Source: Candidatus Kapaibacterium sp.
Lineage (GTDB): Bacteria > Bacteroidota > Ignavibacteria > Palsa-1295
Reading direction: 5' to 3'
NCBI GenBank assembly: GCA_038210275.1
Contig: JBBQWV010000019.1
Coordinates: 5,965 to 69,964, forward strand
Length of the DNA: 64,000 nucleotides
Shown here: piece by piece, positions 48,149-59,137 of the stretch
Position numbering within the stretch: the stretch's first letter is position 1
Layout of the letters: each line of letters starts with the position of its first letter
Program-made: the position numbers and the translations under genes
The notes under the pieces: generated by a model
What the model was told of the DNA's origin: nothing
Database searches by the model: none
What the model saw: only the letters and a program-made list of their open reading frames with translations

Positions 48149-49333
48149 CTACTTTGATTTAATTTGCAGTTTGCTATTTGAATCTGTCGGAATAGAATCT
48201 TTAATGAATGTAGAATCCATATTTTTAATATGACTGCTATCTGGCTGAGAAGTAATAGGGTCAGGAGATTGTCCCGCTGATTTAGTGATCTCATCTGGCT
48301 CATATAAGTATTCAGTACTATTGGCTACTCTCATTTGTAAAGTACGAACGGTGAGTTTTATCGCTTTATGAGTAGCAGATGTCAGCGATGATTCAAGGGA
48401 AGCAACTTGCGATGGAGTAATTGGTGATGGAGATCGAACAGTCGCTAATACTCCGAGAGATGAATCCAAATTTACAAATGTTACATCTCCTAAATACGCA
48501 CCTGGTACTTGTGCTAAGACTTGAGAAAGTGTTGCTCTGGTCTTTGATTCTACTTGTTCCTGCTTCACCCGTCGTTCAAGAATAACAATAAATGCTCCTC
48601 CTAAAAGTATGAGTAAAATAATGCTGGGTAATAAAGTACGAAGCACAAGTGCGAATGTACGATGCACTTTGTTTTTACTCGACAACCGTAATGCATATAA
48701 TACAATAGAGTATGCACATTGGATAGCAAGAAGATTCGTAAAGAATAGCAGTATCGCACCTTGAAACAGTCCAAATCTGTGATGCGCCAATGCTATTGCC
48801 GCAGAAGAAAGTGGTGGGACAAGTGCTGTTGCAATTGCTACTCCGATTAATGCACCTCCTGCAACACGCCTGCCTATTGAGTATGCACCAGCCGCCCCAC
48901 CTGCCAAAGCAACAATCAAGTCAAAAAGTCCGGGCTGGGTACGGGATAAAAGTTCTTGTGATAATGGAATCTCAGAATGTAATTGTCCTATAAGATAAGA
49001 GACTGCAAAGACTTCTAATGCACCAGTAACAAGAGTAAAAAAAGACTTTCGAAGTTCTTTGTGTTCTCCAGAGATAAGTGCATAGCCAATGCCTCCAATG
49101 GGTCCAAGCAGAACTGCAATTACCATTGCACCGATAATTACTGCAGCACTATTAATGAGTAAACCATAGCTTGCAACGATCGCCGCAAAAAGATTCATGA
49201 GATAAAACGGCGCATTCGGACGTGCCGAATTGTAAATCTCAAGTTGAATCTCATCGTAATCCGAACTCTTTCGTATTGAGGATGAACTCTTACCCTCTGT
49301 TAGATCTAAATTACCAGATTGTTGCATTAGCAT
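48149..49333 (-). CDS. DUF389 membrane protein
   Basis: NSAAVIIGAMVIA.LLGP, SRTQP, GVAIATALVPPL. Confidence 0.92.
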   Translation of the reverse strand: MLMQQSGNLDLTEGKSSSSIRKSSDYDEIQLEIYNSARPNAPFYLMNLFAAIVASYGLLINSAAVIIGAMVIAVLLGPIGGIGYALISGEHKELRKSFFTLVTGALEVFAVSYLIGQLHSEIPLSQELLSRTQPGLFDLIVALAGGAAGAYSIGRRVAGGALIGVAIATALVPPLSSAAIALAHHRFGLFQGAILLFFTNLLAIQCAYSIVLYALRLSSKNKVHRTFALVLRTLLPSIILLILLGGAFIVILERRVKQEQVESKTRATLSQVLAQVPGAYLGDVTFVNLDSSLGVLATVRSPSPITPSQVASLESSLTSATHKAIKLTVRTLQMRVANSTEYLYEPDEITKSAGQSPDPITSQPDSSHIKNMDSTFIKDSIPTDSNSKLQIKSK

Positions 49334-49449
49334 ATAATTAGATTAACTGAAACCGAGCTCAGAACCAAAGAAGTTCGTCGAGTCCACCCTAAATAGGAAG
49401 GGGCGCAAATATTTCGCCCGGAGTACTAAAACAAAAGAGCTTCATCAAA

Positions 49450-51555
49450 TTATTGAATGTCGATATTTACTCCAACGGATAGTCCTGAATCTCCTCCGTT
49501 TTCTGAGAGAACTCGTATTGCGTATTTATAACTGCCTTTCCCGACCAACAGTCCATCATTGAATATCGTCGAAGAAGCAGGTACCGATTTGTATTGAGAA
49601 ATTTTATCTGAATTATAAGCACGGTAGATGACGAACCAATATTTTTCTTTTTTTGACGGAGTATAACTCCACTTCAATTTTACAGCATTATTTTTTTGAT
49701 CATAAATAGCTTGAAGATTTTCAGCCTTGTTGCGAACACCGTCATCATAGGCTCTGCCCTGCACATCCCCTGCCGGTTTGCAATGCAAACCTGTTGAATC
49801 AACGACATCAAGGCGGTAATAATAAATCTTACCTTGCTCAACATCTTTATCGGTGTAGGTGGCTGCCTTTGCAGGAAGATGTGCATGAGGATTCCAAACT
49901 TTTTCGTCTTCTCTTCGTCGAAGAATGATCTGTTCTTTTACATCATGGCTTGTACTTACATCCCATGAAAGATTGATACCCGATGTTGTATTATGAACAC
50001 CGGTAAAGACGGATGCTTCAGGTGGTATTTTATCCGGTCTTCGAATAGCGATTGGAGTTGTAGGAGCAGAATGTCCGAAGCGTTTCGAAACTGAAGCAAT
50101 TTCATAATACACATATTCGGTTAATGTATTCACCGACATCGTATCGGTGAATGTCGTGTCTTCAATAACATGATTGATGCGCTGCGTAAATTCATGCCCA
50201 AGATCATTTGCCCAAAGCACTCTATAACCTCGCAACTTGCGCTCTTTACTAAGCTTCCAATGGAGTGTCACAATTCCATTTGTATCCATAGAACCTGTAA
50301 GACCGGTAGGGATCATTGGAGGCAGTGTATCAACAACAGAAGCCATGATCGAAAGAGACGGAGAAATATTCGTCGCGGTATCTACGGAATAAACTAAATA
50401 GAATGGATAATCTTCACTCGCAGAATCGTCAACAAATTCATGAGTTGTTATGGAAAGTAATGGGCTGACTTCGACAAATGCGGTCAAAGAATTATCGCTT
50501 CTGGCAACAACAAAGCCTTTGAGATCAGGCGTTGTGGATTTCATATCCCATTTGATTTTAACTTTGTTTGCACCAAGCTGTTCTGTCGGTAGAATAAATG
50601 GAGCGGGAGGCGGAGTAAAATCCTGGCCATACGCTTCTACTTCTGATGTTTCAGAATGATCGCCAAATGCATTTACCCCATATATCCTGTAGCGATAATG
50701 TTTATAATCTTGAACGAGGGTATCCTCATAGCGCGGTTTATTTTTTGTTTTGGCTCCGTCAGGAGTGACGTTCACTAAAGGAAAAGAATTCAGAAGATGA
50801 TATGAGCCACCATCGTTATCGGATCTCTCAACATAAAAACCAGAATAAGGAGGAGGATTTGTATTTTCCCATTCGAGTAAAATATTTTTATCGCCGCCTT
50901 TTGCGATTAGACCTTCGGGTGCAGGAGGTTTTACGAATGGAGTAATATCGACAACACAATATCCCGGATCGATAAGATATGTCGTATCAATCGTTGCAGT
51001 AGAAACTCTGTATGCATACGTTTCGTCCGGATGAACATCTTTATCAACCCATCGAAGCCCGAGGACTTCTGCTGCTTTGGGATCGTTATCGGCAGCAAGC
51101 ATTGCAAAGCCGTAACGGTTTTCCAATTCTTGCGCAGCATAGATCAATTGATTCACCTTTGCTTCCTCCGGATCAGAAGGGGTAAAGCTTTTGCCATACA
51201 TTGTCTGTCCTGCAATACCGACAAAATCTTCTCGCGTTTTGAATTTATTTTTCAGTTCGTCGAGAGACCACGGTTTGATTATGTTTGAATTTAATCTTTT
51301 CTTTATGGTCGTATCCAGTTTTCCGTTTTTATCGATCTTGATTCTCTCGATAATATATCCGAGTTTATTTGCAATGCGCCAAGCTCCGGGCTTTGATGGC
51401 GCCCAGCGAAGAATGATTGAATCTTTATAAGCACGTGCAATAAGACCGATCTTCGCATGACGCGGAGAATTATCTTCGATAGAATCCGTCGCACTCTGCG
51501 CAAAAAGCGGAGCAGCGATCAGTAAGCTAATTATTATGATGATCTTTGATTTCAC
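49450..51555 (-). CDS. secreted fibronectin type III repeat protein
   Basis: GTG start at 51555 gives a signal peptide; DSIILRWAP...GYIIER; repeated L.W...GY.V.R...Y.D...Y.Y modules. Confidence 0.85.
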   Translation of the reverse strand: MKSKIIIIISLLIAAPLFAQSATDSIEDNSPRHAKIGLIARAYKDSIILRWAPSKPGAWRIANKLGYIIERIKIDKNGKLDTTIKKRLNSNIIKPWSLDELKNKFKTREDFVGIAGQTMYGKSFTPSDPEEAKVNQLIYAAQELENRYGFAMLAADNDPKAAEVLGLRWVDKDVHPDETYAYRVSTATIDTTYLIDPGYCVVDITPFVKPPAPEGLIAKGGDKNILLEWENTNPPPYSGFYVERSDNDGGSYHLLNSFPLVNVTPDGAKTKNKPRYEDTLVQDYKHYRYRIYGVNAFGDHSETSEVEAYGQDFTPPPAPFILPTEQLGANKVKIKWDMKSTTPDLKGFVVARSDNSLTAFVEVSPLLSITTHEFVDDSASEDYPFYLVYSVDTATNISPSLSIMASVVDTLPPMIPTGLTGSMDTNGIVTLHWKLSKERKLRGYRVLWANDLGHEFTQRINHVIEDTTFTDTMSVNTLTEYVYYEIASVSKRFGHSAPTTPIAIRRPDKIPPEASVFTGVHNTTSGINLSWDVSTSHDVKEQIILRRREDEKVWNPHAHLPAKAATYTDKDVEQGKIYYYRLDVVDSTGLHCKPAGDVQGRAYDDGVRNKAENLQAIYDQKNNAVKLKWSYTPSKKEKYWFVIYRAYNSDKISQYKSVPASSTIFNDGLLVGKGSYKYAIRVLSENGGDSGLSVGVNIDIQ

Positions 51556-51562
51556 TATCTGA

Positions 51563-54500
51563 TCAATGATGAATAATTGAAGGTCTTGTTGGCGGTTTAA
51601 TCGGTATTGGTGGTGGAATGATTGATTCCCTACGTATCTGAAAAGCCACTTTTCCCTTTGCAAAATTCCTTTGAATATGCGGCGCAGGTGAATCAGGCTC
51701 CTGACAATACCAGTATGTCAGATTAATCTCATATTCTCCATTGTAAAGAAATTCATACGGATGCGAAATAGCATTCTGAAGCATATTCTGCTGGTATCCT
51801 GATATATGATTGAACGGAAGCCAAAGATAATTGACGGCAATATTTCTTATGCGGTTCCAGTCGTTCGGAACAAGTAAAGATTGATCAAAACTTATGGAAA
51901 TACCGAGGCTTATTAAAGCTGCTCTCGATAAAGTTTTTATAACTCCAGAACTACTACTACCTCCTGAAGATGAAGATCCGCTGGAAAGTCCATGGAATGT
52001 ACTTGAACCAGAAACGCCTGATAATCCTCCTGAAATTCCTCCAGTCAGTCCTCGTAGTACTGAGAGACCAATTGCAGTGAAACGCGAAGGTGGAAGTGGC
52101 GGCAGCATTTCACCGTCACTCATCAGCGGTTGAGGTGCGCCAATATACGAAGCAAGGGTATTGCCATAGTTCATAATATCAAATGAGTACCTATCAATTC
52201 CATATGTCGTTGTTGCGAATGGAGGAATTCCGGCTGAGAATGTTCCGAAATTTCTAACGACATCATAAATATACGGATTCGCAAATTGAGTATGCCACGG
52301 TTTATTAAATTGACGAGCACTTGGTTCAATGAGAGGACGAACATGCTGAGTATGACCGTTCTGTTCATAAGTGCAACCCTCTTGGTCATATACATCAAAT
52401 TTTTCATCAGGATCTATTTGTACCCATACACGCTGAGCGATGCTTGCATGACTTCCTGTATCAACATTCGTAACTTTTGCTGTAGCCATTTTATCAGCAA
52501 GCGTATTATATTTGCTTGTCTGGAAATAATAATAGTACAGTAAATGCTCATTGCCGGCGACGTTTGGTCCCGGAAGTGTATGCTGAGTAACGCTAACAGT
52601 ATTGCTGAGTCTATTATAAAGTGAAAGCATGATAAAAGAAGAAATTCTGCTACCCAAAGCATTGTCTTCACGAACAGGCGTTATTGATAAAGATACCCTA
52701 TTTGATACCCTGCGAAGAATTTGGATACAATATGCCGTAGAATTTTTTAATGATGGCAAAGTAAAAGAAACTGTTTTCGAGCTGCTATTATAGTGCACAT
52801 CGGTTTCTTGGATCTGCGATTGATCTTTCGTTTCAATGAAACGGGCTTTCCAAGTTGTAACTTTCTGAGGATTTGCATCAGGCTGGAAAGGTCTATAGAC
52901 CCCCTGCTTGAGCATCACTCCACCATTATGGCATTCGTTTTGTAAAAAGAATCTTTGTCTATCGAATGGATATGTATATTTTATATTTCTGCCATCGAGT
53001 CTATCGGGTTCTTCTCCGGAAGTCCATGATGCATCCTGCCTTTGTTCAACAATACTTCCATCACGCATTCGTGCAGTTTGCCAAGAGTAATGAGTATATT
53101 CTTCACCACCAACAGCAATGGTGAATGTATGTCTCGTTGTTCCGCGAAGCAGGTCATCTGGAATATATTCGACGATATGTTGATCATCCTGTGTAACCCA
53201 GTGTCCAGCAACATTGGCATGAGAGTTTGTAAGGTGAAGCGAGCATTCATTGACTTTTATTCGGAATGTACGGGTATGTTCATTCCCATCAGCATCCGTT
53301 TCGGAAATATCGAATGATCTGTTCACTTCAAATTGTAGAGAGGCAGTCGGATGAGTATAAACATCGACGCTCGTCGAGCCATCGGCAGGATCGACTTGCT
53401 GAATAAGCGCGATTCGTGAAAGTGGATTATCAGTAACAGGCGTACACATTGTGCCCATCTTAAATTCGAAATGACAATTTCCTGTCACAGCGCCATCCAA
53501 GACACTGTAATGTCCTCCGACTGCACCTTTAAGCCATGTTGGATTCGGCGCACCACCTTGCAGTGCAGCGGCAACAGCCACACTTAAAATTTCTACATCA
53601 CCTTCCCAGAAAAATATATCAACATGCAAACCGATTGATGCCGAGACGTAAGCATAAAGCTGTCCCATTGCATACCATCCGTTCATTCCCATCGTGCCCG
53701 GAATTCCTTCGCAGGTTGCAGTAGGACCGAAATTCAGCAGCGCAAGATCGAAGCCGAATATTGCATGAAGTTGTCCGTAAAATATCAGGAATGTTGCGCG
53801 AAGATTTATATCGGCGCTTGCTCCGAATGCAAAACCATCCCCATGTTCAAGCGCAGGATTACGTGTCATTGGCATCGGACCAAGAATGCTTTGAACTTCC
53901 GGAGGAAGCGGAGGAGGCGAAGGAAGATTTTTACCTATCAACACATAAGCATTTATACTAAGCCAATCTGCGAGAGAGAGATGAACACGCGAACTAATAG
54001 GAGTTGGCTCACCGATATGTATATACCACGTTGATGGATCGGCATAGATCGAAAGTTGACCGCCGCCTGTAAAAGGAGTAGCATTGATCGCTACTGAAAA
54101 TATACCTTGGAAAATATGATCAGGGAAATTATAGGTAATGGCAATATGCGCTGTTACTCTTGCGCTCGATCTATCGGTTACCGAAGCCATCATGTAGCCG
54201 TCACCAGTGATTGTAATATCATGAATACTTCCATCGCATCCAAATGATGCGCCGAAATATACATCTCCATTAAATGGAACACTTGTCGGATGCGTACCCA
54301 TCACTACACCTGCTCTGAAACCGAAACAGACGGTGTTATCCGGAGTCATGGTCATTCCGGAATTTGTAGCTCCGGGAGTTGCACTTGCAGTCGTTGCATT
54401 ATCCGATGGATTGACACTCGGATGCATTCCGCCCGGAGTCATTCGCATATTAGCCCAAACCCCGCCTCCAAATCCATAAATGCCGACTCCGGTAAAAATC

Positions 54501-57500
54501 GGAATGCCGGAGGAAAGCACTGCTTTTGCATCAACATACCAATAACGAAAACCACGAACTGTTCCGAACTGTGCGGCGGCGGTAACTTCAACAACGTTTA
54601 TGAAATTCGCGCGGAGCGCAGCTCGAAATCCATCCCCGTATGTTGCATCGTGATGATACATAACCAGTGAGCCATCAACTTCTAAGATGGCTGCGATCTG
54701 TCCGTGAATACCGATCGAATCGAGATCAACTCCGTCGAATGCAAAGTGCTGCCCTCCACCGCCTGAGGCAAGCTTTCCCCAAACAGAAAGCGCCGTCCCA
54801 CCGCTTATTCCCCCAGAGCCTCCCATTAGATCTACGGAGATCGTAAATTGTATTCCAAATCCGGGACTACCTCCTCTGTCTCCGGTTACAAGATGAATAT
54901 CATGAATTGAAAGCGGAAATCCGCTTGCTGAACCATCACCGCCATCAGGTTTAGGATCTGGTGGGGATTCCGGCATCCCATCAACAGAAGCGAATAGTGC
55001 ATGCTGCGGACTTGCAAAACTCCATGTGCCAAGAGTCAGATAAGGCGAACTTGTCTGCACATGGAAACCTTCGAAGCGAACTCCTCCAAGGCTTACAGGA
55101 ACGTCATGCGTTCCACCGAAACGGAATGTTCCGGAAAGCGTCGCACTTGCCACAAAATCATGCCCGCCGCCGGCAGTAAGATCAATATGCGATGTCGGAT
55201 TCAGAAATAATCGCGCTACCCAAAGATTCGCATTTATCGTATCGGTTGGATGGATATTAAAATTAAATAAAAGTCCTCCCGATGGAGCACGAGAAAGTGT
55301 TGCAAGATAAACGAGGGATGAATCAGTGATCGGAATTTTTATGCGACCGGTAAGTCCGCCTGAATCAAGTGAACTCGAAACGATATTCACGAAGATCGTA
55401 TCAATGCTTGCTCCCCACTCTCCAAAATTTCCGCTTGGATAATGAATGACATTCTCTGCTCTGATCGAAGCAGTAAATCCATCAGAGTTAATGAGCAGAT
55501 TTGTAACAGCGATCGTCGGCGGTCTTGTCGAGTCAAATGTGCGAAGTTCATCCGGCAGCCTGATCGCCGCTCGCTTAATATAAAATCCATGCCAGGTATC
55601 GTCATGAATTCCACGATAATTATGTGGGAAGACAATGCCATCAGGATTGCGAACATCGGAGTGATCGTAGGTCATCTCCTGTACTTCAAGCCCGAAACCA
55701 TCAGCGCCGGTGATAGTACATTTATCAAGCCCTGCGGCAGCTATCCAATCTCCTCCTTTACAGATTGTTGCATGAAAATGCGCTTTTGTAAGACTTGTTC
55801 CGTCATCAGGATCAGGCTTCAGCCAATCGCGAGGGAATTCTGCATCGGCGGCAAGACGTAATTCTTTAAAGCCATGACAATCGAATTGCAAATATGTTCC
55901 TGAATCAGATAATGTTGGCGCTTTGAAAACAAATCCCCAAGAACCCGCGCTTCTATAGCCCAAATCAGTTGCAAGATAAAGAGTGACATTGCCGTCTCCT
56001 CCGAAACCTCCAGGTGTAAAACAAATATCTCGCGCTCCGACACCAATGCCAACTCCCGGTCCCATATCGGGTATATCAAAACTCATTACGGCATTTAGTC
56101 GCGCCTCCGTCGGCTTAAAAACCATTCCGATAATTCCGATCACTTCTCGTTCACCTTCGATGGTATTATCCAATCCAATCGGCAGACCTACAGGACTTGC
56201 TCCCGTGAAAGCCGAGACAAGATTCGCACTTTGTGAAGCAAATGTTTGCACTACTCGGATAGTTGCTGTATCAAGTCCGAGCGCAGAACCAAGGCTATTT
56301 GCTTGTGAAGAAGATAACGGAGATCCACTCGCCTGTTTGGCATCAACTTCTCCATCAAAAACTTTATCATCTGTGTTTACTTTAATCCCACTAAAAGAAA
56401 CCATCACTGGAGCATGAATAAGCGGAACATGAATAGTACCTTCTCCGGTAAGCGAAGAAGCTGCGCCTGATACCGTAGTCAAAGTCATGTCAAATCTGCC
56501 AACGTGTATTACATTTCCAATTGCATACGTTCTTGTGGAAGGAGTGTGATTACTGATTGCAGCGATGGTGCAGTCATCACGGCACGCTCCGCTATCGCTT
56601 GAGGCAGTATGATGCGACGTATCCGCATGATGAGATGTATCAGATCCTCCTCGACCAATATGAAATGACCACGTCGCGCTTTGGGTGTACATCGTATTAT
56701 CAGGGAGCAGCCATTGAACCCGCCAATAATATGTGCCTGTATCTTTATGCGAAAGAATATGTGAATGCGAAGTAAACAGATCGGCGCAATTATCTCCGGT
56801 ATGATAACTTGTTGGTGTACCAGAGTAAGTTGTATCGAGAGAGACAAATGTATTACTCTTCGAAAGCTGGCAACGCCATTTTTCACTCGTTACGCCGAAG
56901 AACATAGATGATCCACTTCCCGTCGTTCCCATTCCGAGCAAGTCCGGGGGATTAAGATGATGTGGCGGAGCCTCGTTCCACCTGAGAGTAACAGGCTGCA
57001 AACTATCACTAATTTGCGAAGCATCCGCCGGAGAAATAAGCGAAGGTGGAGGAACACCAATGAAAAAATCTTGCGACGGCGTAGAAACAGTTACGGTATG
57101 CCCATTCACAATAAAATTTGCATTGACCGTCCATGAATAACGCACGCCTTGTTTGAGGCTGCTTGCCCATGGAGACGGCGTTGGTGGTCCACTTCCGGCT
57201 GCATCATGATCTGCAATAATATATGTTGAACGATCATTATATGAAACATCGGGCCAGCCCTGTCCCAATCTTGGTCCATGGGGCCAAGATAAAACACGGT
57301 GGGCAGTATTGTGAGAGCCGTCGCTGCCATTAACACTGAGCGTGAAATCCATTTGTGTTATGCTATCACTATACGGCTGGAAACGTACGATCAGATGCGG
57401 AGGCAGATAGGGAATCGTGTCACCGTTTGATGGATATGACGGCGAAAGTGTTAACGCTCCTGAACCTGAAGATGACGATGAACTCCCTGAAGTTCCAAAA

Positions 57501-58327
57501 TGGAAAGTGCATACATCGCTGTATCCGTTATTACGAAATATAGCAGTATGCGATGGATCAATTGCCTGCACACGCCAGCCATACGTATGACCGGGAATGA
57601 GTGCCGGGTCCGAAGGTCCATAAAGATGCGATGTCACACCCGAATATGTTTGATCATAAACCGAAGTTACAGATCCTAATGCAAACATTGCTGCGGCAGT
57701 TCTACCGGTAGGTATATCAATGATCTGCAATCTGCTTTGCAGCGGAGTGGCTGTGGATGGAGGGACCCACGCAAAATTAATCGATTGTGGAGTGGTAGAA
57801 GTTATCAGTTCATCGCATGATGGAGTGATAAGATGAGGCGGATCAAGATTCGTGATCGTAAAATTTGCGCAACTCTGTTCAGATAATGGAGTATGCGGAG
57901 CATTGTAATCGAGAAGTTTCAGACAGAGCCGGTAATTTCCTTCCGGAAGTTGTCCGCTTCTGGCAATGGTTGCGGCATTGGTGCCAGAATAACGGGCAGC
58001 ACTCGGATCGGTCAGGGAGAGGTCTCTTCCATTGAGTGTCCTTACTTCATGCGCACCAAGTTCTATGCGAGTAACAGGGTAATCATCTTTCGTCTCAAGC
58101 CTAACCGAGTTATCGGTATTTGTAGCATAGCCTGAAATACGAACAGTCTTTGCGGTTCCACCGCCAGTAAGGATGATGAGAACGCGGCTCGGATCAGATC
58201 TCCATATGGAGAGATCGCCGGAATATGGCGGCGGGACGGTAACAGAAATCATCGGGTTTTGCGAGTGGGCAATTTCTGCTCCAAGCAAAACCATTAAGCA
58301 TACCCATATCGAAATCCGTTGTTTCAT
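51563..58327 (-). CDS. very large secreted protein with TANFOR-like N-terminus, Ig/FN3-like and long beta-rich regions
   Basis: ATG at 58327 gives a signal peptide; VTVPPPYS...LPEGNYRLCL...LDPP.LITP; Y.WRVQ modules; uninterrupted frame of about 2250 aa. Confidence 0.75.
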   Translation of the reverse strand: MKQRISIWVCLMVLLGAEIAHSQNPMISVTVPPPYSGDLSIWRSDPSRVLIILTGGGTAKTVRISGYATNTDNSVRLETKDDYPVTRIELGAHEVRTLNGRDLSLTDPSAARYSGTNAATIARSGQLPEGNYRLCLKLLDYNAPHTPLSEQSCANFTITNLDPPHLITPSCDELITSTTPQSINFAWVPPSTATPLQSRLQIIDIPTGRTAAAMFALGSVTSVYDQTYSGVTSHLYGPSDPALIPGHTYGWRVQAIDPSHTAIFRNNGYSDVCTFHFGTSGSSSSSSGSGALTLSPSYPSNGDTIPYLPPHLIVRFQPYSDSITQMDFTLSVNGSDGSHNTAHRVLSWPHGPRLGQGWPDVSYNDRSTYIIADHDAAGSGPPTPSPWASSLKQGVRYSWTVNANFIVNGHTVTVSTPSQDFFIGVPPPSLISPADASQISDSLQPVTLRWNEAPPHHLNPPDLLGMGTTGSGSSMFFGVTSEKWRCQLSKSNTFVSLDTTYSGTPTSYHTGDNCADLFTSHSHILSHKDTGTYYWRVQWLLPDNTMYTQSATWSFHIGRGGSDTSHHADTSHHTASSDSGACRDDCTIAAISNHTPSTRTYAIGNVIHVGRFDMTLTTVSGAASSLTGEGTIHVPLIHAPVMVSFSGIKVNTDDKVFDGEVDAKQASGSPLSSSQANSLGSALGLDTATIRVVQTFASQSANLVSAFTGASPVGLPIGLDNTIEGEREVIGIIGMVFKPTEARLNAVMSFDIPDMGPGVGIGVGARDICFTPGGFGGDGNVTLYLATDLGYRSAGSWGFVFKAPTLSDSGTYLQFDCHGFKELRLAADAEFPRDWLKPDPDDGTSLTKAHFHATICKGGDWIAAAGLDKCTITGADGFGLEVQEMTYDHSDVRNPDGIVFPHNYRGIHDDTWHGFYIKRAAIRLPDELRTFDSTRPPTIAVTNLLINSDGFTASIRAENVIHYPSGNFGEWGASIDTIFVNIVSSSLDSGGLTGRIKIPITDSSLVYLATLSRAPSGGLLFNFNIHPTDTINANLWVARLFLNPTSHIDLTAGGGHDFVASATLSGTFRFGGTHDVPVSLGGVRFEGFHVQTSSPYLTLGTWSFASPQHALFASVDGMPESPPDPKPDGGDGSASGFPLSIHDIHLVTGDRGGSPGFGIQFTISVDLMGGSGGISGGTALSVWGKLASGGGGQHFAFDGVDLDSIGIHGQIAAILEVDGSLVMYHHDATYGDGFRAALRANFINVVEVTAAAQFGTVRGFRYWYVDAKAVLSSGIPIFTGVGIYGFGGGVWANMRMTPGGMHPSVNPSDNATTASATPGATNSGMTMTPDNTVCFGFRAGVVMGTHPTSVPFNGDVYFGASFGCDGSIHDITITGDGYMMASVTDRSSARVTAHIAITYNFPDHIFQGIFSVAINATPFTGGGQLSIYADPSTWYIHIGEPTPISSRVHLSLADWLSINAYVLIGKNLPSPPPLPPEVQSILGPMPMTRNPALEHGDGFAFGASADINLRATFLIFYGQLHAIFGFDLALLNFGPTATCEGIPGTMGMNGWYAMGQLYAYVSASIGLHVDIFFWEGDVEILSVAVAAALQGGAPNPTWLKGAVGGHYSVLDGAVTGNCHFEFKMGTMCTPVTDNPLSRIALIQQVDPADGSTSVDVYTHPTASLQFEVNRSFDISETDADGNEHTRTFRIKVNECSLHLTNSHANVAGHWVTQDDQHIVEYIPDDLLRGTTRHTFTIAVGGEEYTHYSWQTARMRDGSIVEQRQDASWTSGEEPDRLDGRNIKYTYPFDRQRFFLQNECHNGGVMLKQGVYRPFQPDANPQKVTTWKARFIETKDQSQIQETDVHYNSSSKTVSFTLPSLKNSTAYCIQILRRVSNRVSLSITPVREDNALGSRISSFIMLSLYNRLSNTVSVTQHTLPGPNVAGNEHLLYYYYFQTSKYNTLADKMATAKVTNVDTGSHASIAQRVWVQIDPDEKFDVYDQEGCTYEQNGHTQHVRPLIEPSARQFNKPWHTQFANPYIYDVVRNFGTFSAGIPPFATTTYGIDRYSFDIMNYGNTLASYIGAPQPLMSDGEMLPPLPPSRFTAIGLSVLRGLTGGISGGLSGVSGSSTFHGLSSGSSSSGGSSSSGVIKTLSRAALISLGISISFDQSLLVPNDWNRIRNIAVNYLWLPFNHISGYQQNMLQNAISHPYEFLYNGEYEINLTYWYCQEPDSPAPHIQRNFAKGKVAFQIRRESIIPPPIPIKPPTRPSIIHH

Positions 58328-58464
58328 ACCTAGCTTGGCTTGCACACAAAAGGTCTTTCAACTTCAAAGTATCAGACGGGCATATATACACAATACATTT
58401 TCAGATACAAATATACAACAAACTTTATGAACCGGACATAAAATTAAAACTCCGGTGCAATGTG

Positions 58465-59013
58465 TTACTCCTCGAGTTTGCGAAGTTCTAAAATCCAATC
58501 TGCAAAATCACGAAACGCGCCATTCCCTCCCCGCATATTTGCAACATAATGTACTTCGTGCATAACCTCAGTAATCGCATCTCCGGGAGATGCTGTTAGC
58601 CCTTCTTTGCTGATCAAGTTGATAATATCAAGGTCATTCACATCATCGCCAATATATGCCAGGTTCTTTATTTCCAAGCCTGTCTGTTCAAGTACTTTCT
58701 CCAGGAAGGCTCCTTTATCGACGACTCCCGGAAAATAGTATGGCAATTTCAACTTCTGTGAACGGGCTTTGACAACAGCAGAGTCTTCGCGAGTAAGAAA
58801 GGCAGTTTCAATTCCTGCTTCTCGCAAAATCTCCATACCCATGCCATCTCGAATGGAAAATCGTTTGAACGCCTCGCCTTCAGGTCCATAATACACTCCA
58901 GTATCAGTGAGTACGCCATCAACATCGCTCAGAACAAGTTTGATGTTTTGCGCACGATCAGCTAACTCTTCAGAATCAAGTTCGCCGCTTTCATCTTCGT
59001 TATCGTAGTTCAT
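58465..59013 (-). CDS. kdsC: KdsC-family HAD phosphatase
   Basis: DVDGVLTD, KRFSIRDGMG, YIGDDVND, GG.GAFR. Confidence 0.85.
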   Translation of the reverse strand: MNYDNEDESGELDSEELADRAQNIKLVLSDVDGVLTDTGVYYGPEGEAFKRFSIRDGMGMEILREAGIETAFLTREDSAVVKARSQKLKLPYYFPGVVDKGAFLEKVLEQTGLEIKNLAYIGDDVNDLDIINLISKEGLTASPGDAITEVMHEVHYVANMRGGNGAFRDFADWILELRKLEE

Positions 59014-59137
59014 AGTTTTTAATTATATATTAAAGAGACAGTAACTACGTAATAAATTTTAATCTTGTTCCGGCAATCCATTCAGTCAATAATTTCGTTA
59101 ACCTATTCAGAAAGATTTTATTAAAGGAACAAACCGT

